Origin: Deltaproteobacteria bacterium
GTDB taxonomy: Bacteria; Myxococcota; JACRCW01
Direction: 5' to 3'
Assembly: GCA_016218805.1 (NCBI GenBank)
Contig: JACRCW010000009.1
Coordinates: forward strand, 1 to 38,999
Length of the DNA: 38,999 bases
Shown piece after piece: positions 1 through 9,064 of this stretch. The notes under the pieces were generated by a model. It was not told the DNA's origin and searched no databases. It saw only the letters and a program-made list of their open reading frames with translations. The position numbers were made by a program, and so were the translations under genes. Within the stretch, counting starts at the first letter, position 1, and each line of letters opens with the position of its first letter.

Positions 1-31
1 CCTGCGCAACTTGTCGCGTATGGTCTTGTTC

Positions 32-100
32 ACTTGAAAAGCCCTCCGGTGGCCTCAAGCCACGTCGCTGTGAGCTTGGATTATCGGAGGCTTTTCAAGT
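32..100. repeat. Long imperfect inverted repeat / hairpin, possibly a bidirectional terminator, overlapping the stop codon of the 95-1417 gene
   Basis: ACTTGAAAAGCC(C)TCCG at 32-48 pairs with CGGAGGCTTTTCAAGT at 85-100. Inner CAAGC/GCTTG and CAC/GTG pairs extend the stem. TTTT follows the GC-rich stem on both strands. Confidence 0.7.
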
Positions 101-1417
101 TTGATCGGTGATTTCGCGCGGGGTCACGCTTCTTTTGGGGTTAGCTTCCCAGCCGACGCCTTCAAACCGAGCAGCGATGCACTTCTCAGACTCGGGCTCA
201 ACCCCGAGGCGCGCCCGCAGAAGCGTGGCGTTGTCACGAACAAACTGGGACGCAAGAGCACTTCCGGCCGGGGAGGACAGAATCAGCTGAGACTGTTTCT
301 TGAAGACGACAAAGGACCAATACAGCACATACGTAGTGCCAATCTGCGGGAACAGAGAGGGAATCTCCCTGGCGAGCGGGAGGAGATAGCTGGTGCCTTC
401 CTCTTTCCAGTGAGCCGCGCGCCAGCCATCCTGCTTCAGGCCCGGCCAGCACGCCCTGTGAAAAGCCAGTCTGGCCGACTTCTCGACGTCCTTTGCAGCG
501 GTGCGCTTGGCCGCGCTCGCTGTGAACTCTCTGGGCGGCTCAATCCTGACGGCTGGTGCTGGATCCTGAGGGCGTCTCTCCAGCACGGACTCGCGGAGGA
601 CGCTGTCTCTCGTCAGGTCCCAGAATCCCACCTTGAGGTCGTACCGTGATTGAACAAACTCCAAGGCCGCTTGGGCAGCACTCGCGTCGGCTTCTGAGCC
701 ACGGTCGAAGAACTTGGAGATTCGCAAGTCTGCGCCAACCAGCCCACTGGTTTTGTCCTGATGCCGCATGTATTCAGCCTTGAACGCCTCGCTCGCTGAG
801 GCGTCAATTGCATTCTCGTCGAGGAATCCCTTGGACAGCCAGCCCATCAGGTTGCGCACCTTCTGCTCAACCGCTTGGGTGTGCGGCAGCACCATGATGG
901 CGTTCGGCCACCGCTTGGCAATCTGATCGAGGGGGGCCAAGCCCAACATGTCCGTGCCTTCAGCAAAAAGATCATGAAATGCCCCGACGAAAACCACGGG
1001 AGGTCGCCGAGCAATGACGTCCTGAATTCGGAGTGAACTGATGAGGCCCCTGTGGCGAGCGGTAGCGAGCGCGGCGTCGATTTTCCCTTCCGACAAGTAG
1101 TCTGCATCCATAAGGTCAACGTAGTCCTTGAGGACGGTGCCGATTCTCCTTCGGGTAAACGTTCCGTCCGCCTTCGGTGCCATGACGGTTTTCGCGGTCC
1201 AGACGAGAGCCCACGCGTCCGAACCCGCGGCGTCGAGGAGAACCTTGACCAGGCCGTGTGCTGCGCTCCACCACTGCTCCGATCCAGCAAGGGAATGCCG
1301 AAGGCAGAAGTCCCAAGTGTCTCCGTCGATGCGTTGCCGCGTGTCCAGGGCGGTCCCAGACTCAAGCGTTATTGTGCCGCCGATCAAAAGTATGGTGGGG
1401 CCCGGCCTCTCACTCAT
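95..1417 (-). CDS. Hypothetical protein, 440 aa (MSERPGPTILL...), partner of the HNH-helicase
   Basis: Long ORF. The ATG at 1417 has GGAG upstream and the gene overlaps the helicase gene by 8 bp (ATGAGTGA). No family recognised. Confidence 0.75.
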   Translation of the reverse strand: MSERPGPTILLIGGTITLESGTALDTRQRIDGDTWDFCLRHSLAGSEQWWSAAHGLVKVLLDAAGSDAWALVWTAKTVMAPKADGTFTRRRIGTVLKDYVDLMDADYLSEGKIDAALATARHRGLISSLRIQDVIARRPPVVFVGAFHDLFAEGTDMLGLAPLDQIAKRWPNAIMVLPHTQAVEQKVRNLMGWLSKGFLDENAIDASASEAFKAEYMRHQDKTSGLVGADLRISKFFDRGSEADASAAQAALEFVQSRYDLKVGFWDLTRDSVLRESVLERRPQDPAPAVRIEPPREFTASAAKRTAAKDVEKSARLAFHRACWPGLKQDGWRAAHWKEEGTSYLLPLAREIPSLFPQIGTTYVLYWSFVVFKKQSQLILSSPAGSALASQFVRDNATLLRARLGVEPESEKCIAARFEGVGWEANPKRSVTPREITDQT

Positions 1418-3170
1418 CTTCGTTCTCCAGTGCTCGACGTATGGCTGGGTTCTCACTGGCAAGAAGAGCCAAGCTAACCGCGTCTGTGCCTTTGAGGCCC
1501 TTTCTGTCGATGTACCGCTGTGCCAACCTGAGCAACGGGTCGTCCGCAAAACGCCCGGAAGAATCCAGGGCATGCCGATCAGTCCCGCGCGATCCCAACG
1601 CCTGAAACTCCCCAACGCGGTTGTCGTCCGCGGAGACGCGTACCGGTCGGGGTGGTGGAGGTTCCACCTCGATTGTCATCGGTGGCGGGAGCAAGTTGAC
1701 CTCGGCTGTGATTGATCTGGCCATTTCCAGGAGACCGGGGTCGGCGGGCAGGTAAACACGGCCATGGTCGTCACGGTTCTTGGGGTCGGACCGCACGACC
1801 CTCCCGACGATCTGTCGAAAGCTCAGGATTGTCAGTCGATTCGTGAGGTACACGACAGCTCGCAGCCTGCGGATGTCAATGCCTTCAGACACCATGTTCA
1901 CAGCGACGATCCAGGGAACGTGACTGTGGCGAAACCCCTTCAGCGCGTCCGCTGGCGCCGGATCAGCCACGTTGTGCGTCCGGGAGCATGCGACAACCGG
2001 ACGCTCCGGGAGAACCTCGGCCTCCATGAACGTCGCGACCGCGTCTGCATGGTCGCAGTCTACAGCGACGACCAGGCCCGCCGCGTCCGTGTCTCCAGAG
2101 CGCCTGAGATCTATGAGGTATTGGTTTGCATCCGCCAGCAGCAGGTGAGCTATGGACTCTCGCCCCACCGATTCAAGTGCCGTGCGAAGGCGCTTCCGGC
2201 TTCCTGTGTCACTGAGTTCATCATCAAACGTGACACGGTGCGATTCTCCATCCTCCGATTGGAAGGTCGTCTCGCCCCGTCCGATGACAAACTGCACGGG
2301 CCGGCAAGCCTTGTCGGCAATGGCCTGATCATAGCCGTAGCGGTAGTGCGGTTTGGCGCTGCCGCCTTCGGACGGGACAAAGACGATGGGGTCGCGCTGC
2401 GTTCGAAAGGGCGTTCCAGAAAGGCTCAAAATTGCCCGTGCGCCACGATGGAACGCCTCTTGGGCGCTGACTCCCCATGCAGAGCCGGCACCCGCATGAT
2501 GCACCTCATCAAAGATGACGAGGGTGCGGTGGCCAGGATCCGAGGCATGCGCCAGGAACATGTCGCTGGCCGCGAACAGGCTTTGATACGTCGAGACCGC
2601 GCCCACCCAGTTCTCGGGAATCGGATTCACGGGCGACCAAGTCCGAGGCCCCACAAGGGGAATCGTCGGCGAGCTCGGGGACGTGGCGGATGCCGCGGAC
2701 AACCAGCCATCTGCGATACCGAGGCTGGGCACAATGACCAAGACCCTGCTGATTTCCCCGTTCAGAATCAGGCGGTAGGCGACTTCGAGGGCAAACTGCG
2801 TCTTCCCAGCGCCGGGACAGGCTTCAACGAGAACGGCTTCCTCAAGCAGGCGCGGCATGATGGCGGCGAGCGCCTCAACCTGCCATCGGCGGAGCGTGCC
2901 AGTGCCCGCCGCCAAGGTGTCAGCACGGAACCACTGCACAACGACCGCTTGAGGTTTGCTGCCCTTCCGGAGGTTGCAGCTGCCGCAGAGCGCCTGGCAG
3001 TTGTCGTACGCAGTTGGGCCGCCCTGACTCCAGGGAACCAGATGGTCCCCATGCATCAGGTCAAATGGAATTGCCCGACGGCAGAGCGCGCAGACCCGCC
3101 CCTGCCTCTCCCAGACCCGCTTGACCATGTCCCGTGGGAACATGCGTTGGAAGTCGTTCTCCACCTGCAA
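1410..3170 (-). CDS. HNH endonuclease fused to an SF2 (ResIII/DEAD-like) helicase
   Basis: N-terminal zinc-type HNH: CALC...HGDHLVPWSQGG...NCQALCGSCNLRKG. Helicase motifs: LRRWQ, ACPGAGKT (Walker A), DEVH, SGT, MVSEGIDI, QIVGRVVR. The true start may be GTG at 3164. Confidence 0.9.
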   Translation of the reverse strand: MQVENDFQRMFPRDMVKRVWERQGRVCALCRRAIPFDLMHGDHLVPWSQGGPTAYDNCQALCGSCNLRKGSKPQAVVVQWFRADTLAAGTGTLRRWQVEALAAIMPRLLEEAVLVEACPGAGKTQFALEVAYRLILNGEISRVLVIVPSLGIADGWLSAASATSPSSPTIPLVGPRTWSPVNPIPENWVGAVSTYQSLFAASDMFLAHASDPGHRTLVIFDEVHHAGAGSAWGVSAQEAFHRGARAILSLSGTPFRTQRDPIVFVPSEGGSAKPHYRYGYDQAIADKACRPVQFVIGRGETTFQSEDGESHRVTFDDELSDTGSRKRLRTALESVGRESIAHLLLADANQYLIDLRRSGDTDAAGLVVAVDCDHADAVATFMEAEVLPERPVVACSRTHNVADPAPADALKGFRHSHVPWIVAVNMVSEGIDIRRLRAVVYLTNRLTILSFRQIVGRVVRSDPKNRDDHGRVYLPADPGLLEMARSITAEVNLLPPPMTIEVEPPPPRPVRVSADDNRVGEFQALGSRGTDRHALDSSGRFADDPLLRLAQRYIDRKGLKGTDAVSLALLASENPAIRRALENEDE

Positions 3171-3743
3171 CCCCCAGTGCGCAGCGGGCAGGTGCCGCGC
3201 TTGTCACCACGCGCAGCATGCCACAAGTCCATGTGACGCCGCGCAGCGCAGTGCCACCCCATTCGTAGGTGCGTGTCTGCTCCTTTGGCCCAAACATGGA
3301 CAAGATGCCCAACGTACCAAGAACCGGCCCAGGTCGGGCTTGCCCTGCCCCAAGGAGCAGATCCCGTGGCCGTCATGCCCTGGCTCTTACGGCGGCTGGC
3401 GGGCCTGGTGCTTCGGCGCTCATCGGATTTGACCCTGTAGGTTTCATCGGATCTGGCCCGGTATGCCAACGGACGTCAACTGCGGCTTCTTGGGCAAAGG
3501 CCCGAAGTCGTTGGCGCGCGCCAATCAACCCACGCAGTCGACGAGTTGGCACGGCGGGGCAAGCATGGAGAAACTCACTGGGCAAGATCTGGTGAGCAGC
3601 GAACTGCGTGTTCGGGCGCACGCGCGTGGGTCACCATTGGGGCCGATCAAACGCCTCACGCCGCGCAAGGTGGACCAGGCCAGGGATGGATGTGAGCTTC
3701 CGAAGACCTTGATGTCGACGGAAGGACCGTCGCTTGGGAACGC

Positions 3744-4544
3744 TCACAACCCCAATGCCGCCGCGGCCTCCGCGGCGCCCGGTACATCGGTGCGCAGCGA
3801 AGGGACCTTGGCCAACGCCTGACTCAGGTTCGCCCGCGCCTCGTCGTTCCTGCCCAGCTTGTGCAAGCACAACCCCGCCATCAGCGTGGCCAGCGGGTTG
3901 CGCTGACCGGGCTTGAGCCGCTCGTACGCCTCCAGCGCCTCCGCAAACCGGCCCATGGCGAACAGCACGTCCCCCTTGATCTTGGCGTTGTAGGGGTGTT
4001 CGCCGAGTTGCAGGGATGCCTGCGCGGCCGCCAACGCCGCCTTGTGGGCGCCCAGGGCCAGCAACACTTCGGCTTTGGTTGACAGGTCGTCGCACAGCTG
4101 GCGGTTCCACAGGAAGCCGTACGTCTCGCCATGCCCGGCCCGCGCCGCCGCGCGGTCCAGGTTGGACAGGCACTCGTCGGTCTTCTTCGCCACGCACTGC
4201 CGGTCAATGTCAATGATGCGGTTGGCGACGAACAGGGCTTCACGCAGGTGGGTCCGGTCCGTAATCCCACCCGCCACCGCCCACGTCTGCTCCAGGTCCC
4301 GTGTGCCCAGCAGCTGGTTGCGCAGCGCGCGCCAGGCCCGCCGCTGGGTCACCGCGTCCGCCGGCGTGCCCTCCGGGAGCGCCACGGGGATGCCGGCGGG
4401 TTCACGCGCGCAGCCGGCCAGCACCAACCCGGCCACCACCGCGGCGCATCCCCACCGGCGTGGCCGCGGTGCACCCGCCGCCATCGCGCGGCCGTTGGGG
4501 GCCGGGTCTGGGGCGTCGTCCTGGGCTTCCCGGCCGCTCTTCAT
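3744..4544 (-). CDS. TPR-repeat lipoprotein
   Basis: ATG 4544 with GAGGAG upstream; lipobox LAGC after a hydrophobic stretch; C-terminal TPR helices (KGDVLFAMGRFAEALEAYE, GLCLHKLGRNDEA). Alternative start at 4484. Confidence 0.75.
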   Translation of the reverse strand: MKSGREAQDDAPDPAPNGRAMAAGAPRPRRWGCAAVVAGLVLAGCAREPAGIPVALPEGTPADAVTQRRAWRALRNQLLGTRDLEQTWAVAGGITDRTHLREALFVANRIIDIDRQCVAKKTDECLSNLDRAAARAGHGETYGFLWNRQLCDDLSTKAEVLLALGAHKAALAAAQASLQLGEHPYNAKIKGDVLFAMGRFAEALEAYERLKPGQRNPLATLMAGLCLHKLGRNDEARANLSQALAKVPSLRTDVPGAAEAAAALGL

Positions 4545-4693
4545 CGCCGCTCCTCTGCGCCAATGACGCCATGCTGCGCTGCGTGGGCGCGACCGACAAG
4601 CGCCGTGGACGACGACCGCGGGCCGGCCGCTGATGGGTGTGGGCGGCCCGCGCACCCCGGAATCTCCGCATGGCGGCGCGGTCCCGCGCGGTT

Positions 4694-4702
4694 TGCTACC
4701 AT
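4694..4702 (+). promoter_or_regulatory. Putative extended -10 element (TGCTACCAT), 7 nt before ATG 4710
   Basis: Matches TGnTAnnnT; no SD before the start codon; spacing fits a leaderless transcript. Confidence 0.4.
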
Positions 4703-4709
4703 CACACGC

Positions 4710-6191
4710 ATGCGGAACGCCGTGGCTTGGTGCTTTCTGGCGGCGGCCCTGGGATGCGCCACCGGGCGCGGTGCCACACACTCAAACCCAACCACCGCAG
4801 CGCCCGGCACACCCGTCCCCCCGGCCGCACCGCCCCGCGCCGTGGATGAGCCGGCCACGCCGTTGGCGCCGCTGGAAGACCCGGAGCTGCGCCTGGCGGA
4901 CGAGTTGTACGACGCCCGCGCCCGCCAGGACCCGCATGATCCGCGCGCGGACCTGGCACGCGCGCGGATCCGCCAGCGCGGCGGTGACCTGGCCGGGGCC
5001 GCGCGCCTGTACCGCCGCTGCCTGGCCGTGGACCGCGCGTTTGGCCCCGGGTACGCCAACTACGGCGCGCTGCTGATGGAGACGGACCGGCACCAGGAGG
5101 CGGTGGAAGTCCTGCTGGAGGGCGCTGCGCGCGCGCCGGACCACGCGCCCATCTTTGCCAACCTGGCCGGCGTGCTGTCGTTTGTGGAGCGCCATGACGA
5201 GGCGCTGGCCGCCGCGGAGACCGCCATTGAACTGGACCCCACCGACGCGGACCTGCGGCGCAACCAGGTGGCGGTGCTGTACCGCGCCGGGCGCCTGGAT
5301 GAAGCGGAAAAGGCACTCAAACAGGCCATGCTGGAGTTTCCCGACGACACGGCGGACCTGCTGATGCGCCTGAGCGAGTTGTACACGGCGCGCGGCGAGG
5401 ACATCAAAGCGGTGGAGACGCTGGCCAAGGTCAACCGCATTGCGCCGGGACTGGTGGTGGCGTGGTTGCGGCGCGCCGCGTTGTTGGGACGGGCGGAGGA
5501 TCTCAACGGCTGCCTGGCGGTGCTGGTGGACGCCATGCGGCACCACGCTGACAACGAGGAGGTGCGCGGCTTCTTCATGGCGGCCATGGCGCTGCGCCTG
5601 CAGCGGGACATGGAGGAAGGCCTGGCGCGCATTGAGAAGGACGGCCATGACGTGGACGCGTACATCCTGGTGGCGCGCGTCCACGAACTGGGGCGGGACC
5701 ACCAGGCGGCGCTGGAGGTGCTGGAGAACGGCGTGCGCCACAACCCGCGCAGCGGCGTGCTGTGGACGCAGATTGGCGTGGTGGAGACCTCCCGGGAGCG
5801 CGAACGCGAGGCGCTGGACGCCTACCGCCGCGCCATCAAGCTGGACCCCGCGCAGCACATGGCCCTCAACAACTGCGCGTACCTGCTGGTCACCGCGCAG
5901 GACGGCACCCTGCGGGACATTGACCTGGCGCTGTCACTGGCCAACGGCGCGCTGGCGCAGGAGCCCACCAACACCGCGTACCTGGACACGCTGGCGGAGG
6001 TGCAGTTCGCGCGGGGGGAGGTGCGCAACGCGCGGGAGACCATTGGGCGGGCGTTGGAACTGGAGCCGGGGGACCGGCGGCTGCAGGCGCAGGCGCGCCG
6101 GTTTGAACAGTCCGGTGATTCTCCGCCGCCCACCGCGCGTTCCCATGGTAGACGGCGCACCCAACCCTCCCTGCCCCCTGGTGGTGAATGA
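4710..6191 (+). CDS. TPR-repeat lipoprotein
   Basis: MRNAVAWCFLAAALGC signal/lipobox, Pro-rich linker, many TPR motifs (YANYGALL, ALNNCAYLL, YLDTLAEV). Stop overlaps the rlmN start (ATGA). Confidence 0.85.
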   Translation: MRNAVAWCFLAAALGCATGRGATHSNPTTAAPGTPVPPAAPPRAVDEPATPLAPLEDPELRLADELYDARARQDPHDPRADLARARIRQRGGDLAGAARLYRRCLAVDRAFGPGYANYGALLMETDRHQEAVEVLLEGAARAPDHAPIFANLAGVLSFVERHDEALAAAETAIELDPTDADLRRNQVAVLYRAGRLDEAEKALKQAMLEFPDDTADLLMRLSELYTARGEDIKAVETLAKVNRIAPGLVVAWLRRAALLGRAEDLNGCLAVLVDAMRHHADNEEVRGFFMAAMALRLQRDMEEGLARIEKDGHDVDAYILVARVHELGRDHQAALEVLENGVRHNPRSGVLWTQIGVVETSREREREALDAYRRAIKLDPAQHMALNNCAYLLVTAQDGTLRDIDLALSLANGALAQEPTNTAYLDTLAEVQFARGEVRNARETIGRALELEPGDRRLQAQARRFEQSGDSPPPTARSHGRRRTQPSLPPGGE

Positions 6192-7354
6192 CCGGTCTGA
6201 CTCTGCTGGACAACACGCCCGTGCGCCACCGCGCGGACCCCGCCGCGCCGCCAGACGTGGCCTCCATGACGCTGAGTGAGTTGCAGGCCTTCCTGGGCGC
6301 CCTGGGTGAACCGGCCTACCGCGCCGAGCAGGTGTTCCGCTGGTTGCACCGCCGCGGCGTGGCGTCGTTCTCCCAGATGACGGACCTGGGGCGTGCGCTG
6401 CGTGAGAAGCTCCAGGGGGCGGCGGTGATTGGGCGGCTGGAGGTGGCGCAGGTGCAGGCGGCGCGGGACGGCACGCGCAAGTACCGGATGCGCACGCGTG
6501 ACGGCGCGCTGGTGGAGAGCGTGTTCATCCCGTCCGCCAGCGCGGCGGACAAGAACACGCTGTGCATCTCCAGCCAGGTGGGTTGCGCCATGGGCTGTAC
6601 CTTCTGCGCCACAGGAGCCATGGGCCTGGACCGGCACCTCACGGCGTCTGAGATTGTGGACCAGGTCAACCGCGTGTGGGCGGACCTGGGCGCGGTCAAC
6701 GGCGGGTTTGTCCCGGATCCTTCCGGGGAGGGATCCACGCGCCGCCTGCTGACCAACCTGGTCTTCATGGGCATGGGTGAGCCGCTGCACAACGTGGAGC
6801 ACGTGCTGCGCGCGGTGGAGATCCTCACGCATGAGCACGGCCACCAGTTTTCGCCGCGGCGTGTGACGGTGTCCACCTCCGGGCTGCTGCCGCAGATGAA
6901 GCGGCTGATGGCGGAGTCAGACGTGCAGCTGGCGGTGAGCCTGTCCGGCACCACGGATGCGCAGCGTGTCTCCATCATGCCGGTGAACCGGAAGTATCCG
7001 CTGGGCATGCTGCTGGCGGCCTGCCGCGAGGTCCCGCTCAAGGCACGGCGCCGCATCACGTTTGAGTACGTGCTGCTGGCGGGCATCAATGACGCTGATG
7101 AGGACGCCACGCGCCTGGTGCGCATCCTCAAGGGCCTGCGCTGCAAGGTGAACCTCATCCCGTTCAACGAGCACCCCCTCGGCGCCTACCGCCGCCCCCC
7201 CCGCGAACGGACGCTGCGCTTCCAGTCCCTGGTCCGGGACGGCGGGATCAACGCGCTCATCCGTGAGGCCCGTGGCGACGACATTGACGCGGCCTGCGGC
7301 ATGCTGGGCGGGACCACGTTGGATGCCGCCCGCGCGGTGCCGGCGTCCGCGTAG
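6188..7354 (+). CDS. rlmN: Dual-specificity 23S rRNA m2A2503/tRNA methyltransferase RlmN (radical SAM)
   Basis: CISSQVGCAMGCTFC (CxxxCxxC), NLVFMGMGEPL, ITFEYVLL, VNLIPFN, RGDDIDAACG. Confidence 0.95.
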   Translation: MTGLTLLDNTPVRHRADPAAPPDVASMTLSELQAFLGALGEPAYRAEQVFRWLHRRGVASFSQMTDLGRALREKLQGAAVIGRLEVAQVQAARDGTRKYRMRTRDGALVESVFIPSASAADKNTLCISSQVGCAMGCTFCATGAMGLDRHLTASEIVDQVNRVWADLGAVNGGFVPDPSGEGSTRRLLTNLVFMGMGEPLHNVEHVLRAVEILTHEHGHQFSPRRVTVSTSGLLPQMKRLMAESDVQLAVSLSGTTDAQRVSIMPVNRKYPLGMLLAACREVPLKARRRITFEYVLLAGINDADEDATRLVRILKGLRCKVNLIPFNEHPLGAYRRPPRERTLRFQSLVRDGGINALIREARGDDIDAACGMLGGTTLDAARAVPASA

Positions 7355-7457
7355 CGGGGCAGGCGCGCGCGCCGCTTGGCAAGACCGTGCGCCCCCGTGA
7401 TAGGGCACGCATTGGTCAACGCTCGGGAACGTCACCCCCGGGGACGGGAGTTGAATC

Positions 7458-8087
7458 ATGCGCCAGAGCCTGTGCCTGTTCGCCACTGCTGCTTTTCTCC
7501 TGACTGAATTCGCCTTGGCACCCGCGCCGGCAGCGGCCGCACCCCTGGTGGTCCAGGGGCAGGCCGGGGACGCCCAATGGGAGTTGGTGAAGAAGAAGAA
7601 GAAGAAGGCGTCGGAGGACGACGCCGAAGACGAGGACCCCTCCAGCCGTGGTCTGATGGACTACTTCACGGGCTCATTCAAGTTCGGCCAGGAGTGGTCT
7701 GAGGAGGTGGAGGACAACCTGGTGGTGACGTGGATCCTGGGTGCGCTGTTCAGCGGGCTTGGCGGCCACATCTGGGCGCCGATGATCTTCTACAAGGACG
7801 TACCGGACAACGGGGCGAAGAAGAACGCGATGATCCTCGGAATCATCGCCACGGTGCTGTACTGGATCCCCGGCGTATTCCCGTTGCTCATACCGGGCAT
7901 CTACTTCTGGACCATCGGCTTCTGGCTGTTCCTCCTGTGGGTCGGCATCGTGGAGTGTTTCATCATGCCCCGCGCGGTGGCGATGGCGACTTCCGACGCC
8001 TACAAGCTCGGCGGCGATGGCGGGGATGAGCCCAAGAAGAAGAAGAAGAAGAAGAAGAAGAAGGCCGACGACGAAGACGAAGAGTGA
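7458..8087 (+). CDS. Hypothetical membrane protein with signal peptide and two poly-Lys/acidic tracts
   Basis: GGAG SD; N-terminal signal-like segment; about three hydrophobic helices; K6 and K10 runs, each followed by a D/E run. Confidence 0.75.
   Translation: MRQSLCLFATAAFLLTEFALAPAPAAAAPLVVQGQAGDAQWELVKKKKKKASEDDAEDEDPSSRGLMDYFTGSFKFGQEWSEEVEDNLVVTWILGALFSGLGGHIWAPMIFYKDVPDNGAKKNAMILGIIATVLYWIPGVFPLLIPGIYFWTIGFWLFLLWVGIVECFIMPRAVAMATSDAYKLGGDGGDEPKKKKKKKKKKADDEDEE
7590..7607 (+). repeat. (AAG)6 tract encoding K6
   Basis: Seen directly in the sequence. Confidence 0.9.
8034..8063 (+). repeat. (AAG)10 tract encoding K10
   Basis: Seen directly in the sequence. Confidence 0.9.
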
Positions 8088-8182
8088 CCCTCCGCGGATG
8101 ATGGCGGATGCGCGCGGCGGACGGGACCCCTGTCAACGGTCCCGACGCCGCGCCGGTTTGTGCGGGAAGTCCAGGGAGCGCC

Positions 8183-9043
8183 ATGGCGGACGTGGTTGGG
8201 GTCATTGGCGGGAGCGGGCTGTATGAGATGCCCGGTCTTGCCGACGTCAGGCGGGTGAAGGTGGAGACGCCCTTTGGGGCGCCGTCTGACGCGCTGGTCA
8301 CCGGCCGGCTGGACAGCGTGCCCATGGTGTTCCTGCCGCGCCACGGCGTGGGCCACCGGCACACGCCCACCGAGGTCCCCTACGTGGCCAACATCTGGGC
8401 CCTCAAGAAGCTGGGCGTCACGCGCATCATCAGCGTGTCCGCCGTGGGCAGCCTGCGTGAGGACATTGCACCCGGCCACGTGGTGCTGGTGGACCAGTTC
8501 ATGGACCGCACCCGCGCGCGCCGCAGCACGTTCTTTGGCGGCGGGATTGCCGGGCACGTGGCGTTTGGTGACCCGGTGTGCGGGCCGCTGCATGACGCGG
8601 CGCTGGAGGCGGCGCGCACGGTGGGCGTCACCGTCCACGCGCACGGCACGTATGTCTGCATGGAGGGACCCCAGTTCTCCACGCGCGCGGAGAGCATGCT
8701 GCACCGCCGTGACGGCGCGGACGTGGTGGGGATGACCAACATGCCGGAGGCCAAGCTCGCCCGGGAGGCGGAGATCTGTTACGCCACGCTGGCGCTGGCC
8801 ACGGACTATGACTGCTGGCACGAACACCACGACGACGTGACGGTGGAGACGGTCATTGCCGTGCTCAAGGCCAACGTGGCGCACGCCCAGCAGATCATCC
8901 GCGAGACGGTCCGCCGCCTCCCCGCCGAGCGCACCTGCCCGTGCGCCAGCGCGGCACGCAACGCGGTGATGACCGCGCCGGACCTCATCCCGCCGCGCCG
9001 CCGTGAGGAGCTGGAGCTGTTGTTCGGGCGCTACTGGAAGTGA
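8183..9043 (+). CDS. mtnP: S-methyl-5'-thioadenosine phosphorylase
   Basis: GVIGGSGLY, FLPRHG, ANIWALKKLGV, EGPQFSTRAES, GMTNMPEAKLAREAEICY, TDYDCW; GGAG SD before ATG 8183. Confidence 0.93.
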   Translation: MADVVGVIGGSGLYEMPGLADVRRVKVETPFGAPSDALVTGRLDSVPMVFLPRHGVGHRHTPTEVPYVANIWALKKLGVTRIISVSAVGSLREDIAPGHVVLVDQFMDRTRARRSTFFGGGIAGHVAFGDPVCGPLHDAALEAARTVGVTVHAHGTYVCMEGPQFSTRAESMLHRRDGADVVGMTNMPEAKLAREAEICYATLALATDYDCWHEHHDDVTVETVIAVLKANVAHAQQIIRETVRRLPAERTCPCASAARNAVMTAPDLIPPRRREELELLFGRYWK

Positions 9044-9064
9044 CGTTTCTCGTCGAGGTGGATC

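Noticed and set aside
28..107. Integron attC site interpretation of the hairpin
   Set aside because: The ends do not give a matched RYYYAAC/GTTRRRY pair, the region next to the would-be R boxes is fully paired rather than forming an unpaired spacer, and no integrase or second site is seen.
1418..1615. 66-aa N-terminal extension of the 95..1615 ORF
   Set aside because: It lies within the helicase gene; ATG 1417 has an SD and a coupling overlap.
3546..3561. Sigma-54-like TGGCACG motif (also TGGCAAG at 7377)
   Set aside because: GG-to-GC spacing is 9 nt, not the required 10.
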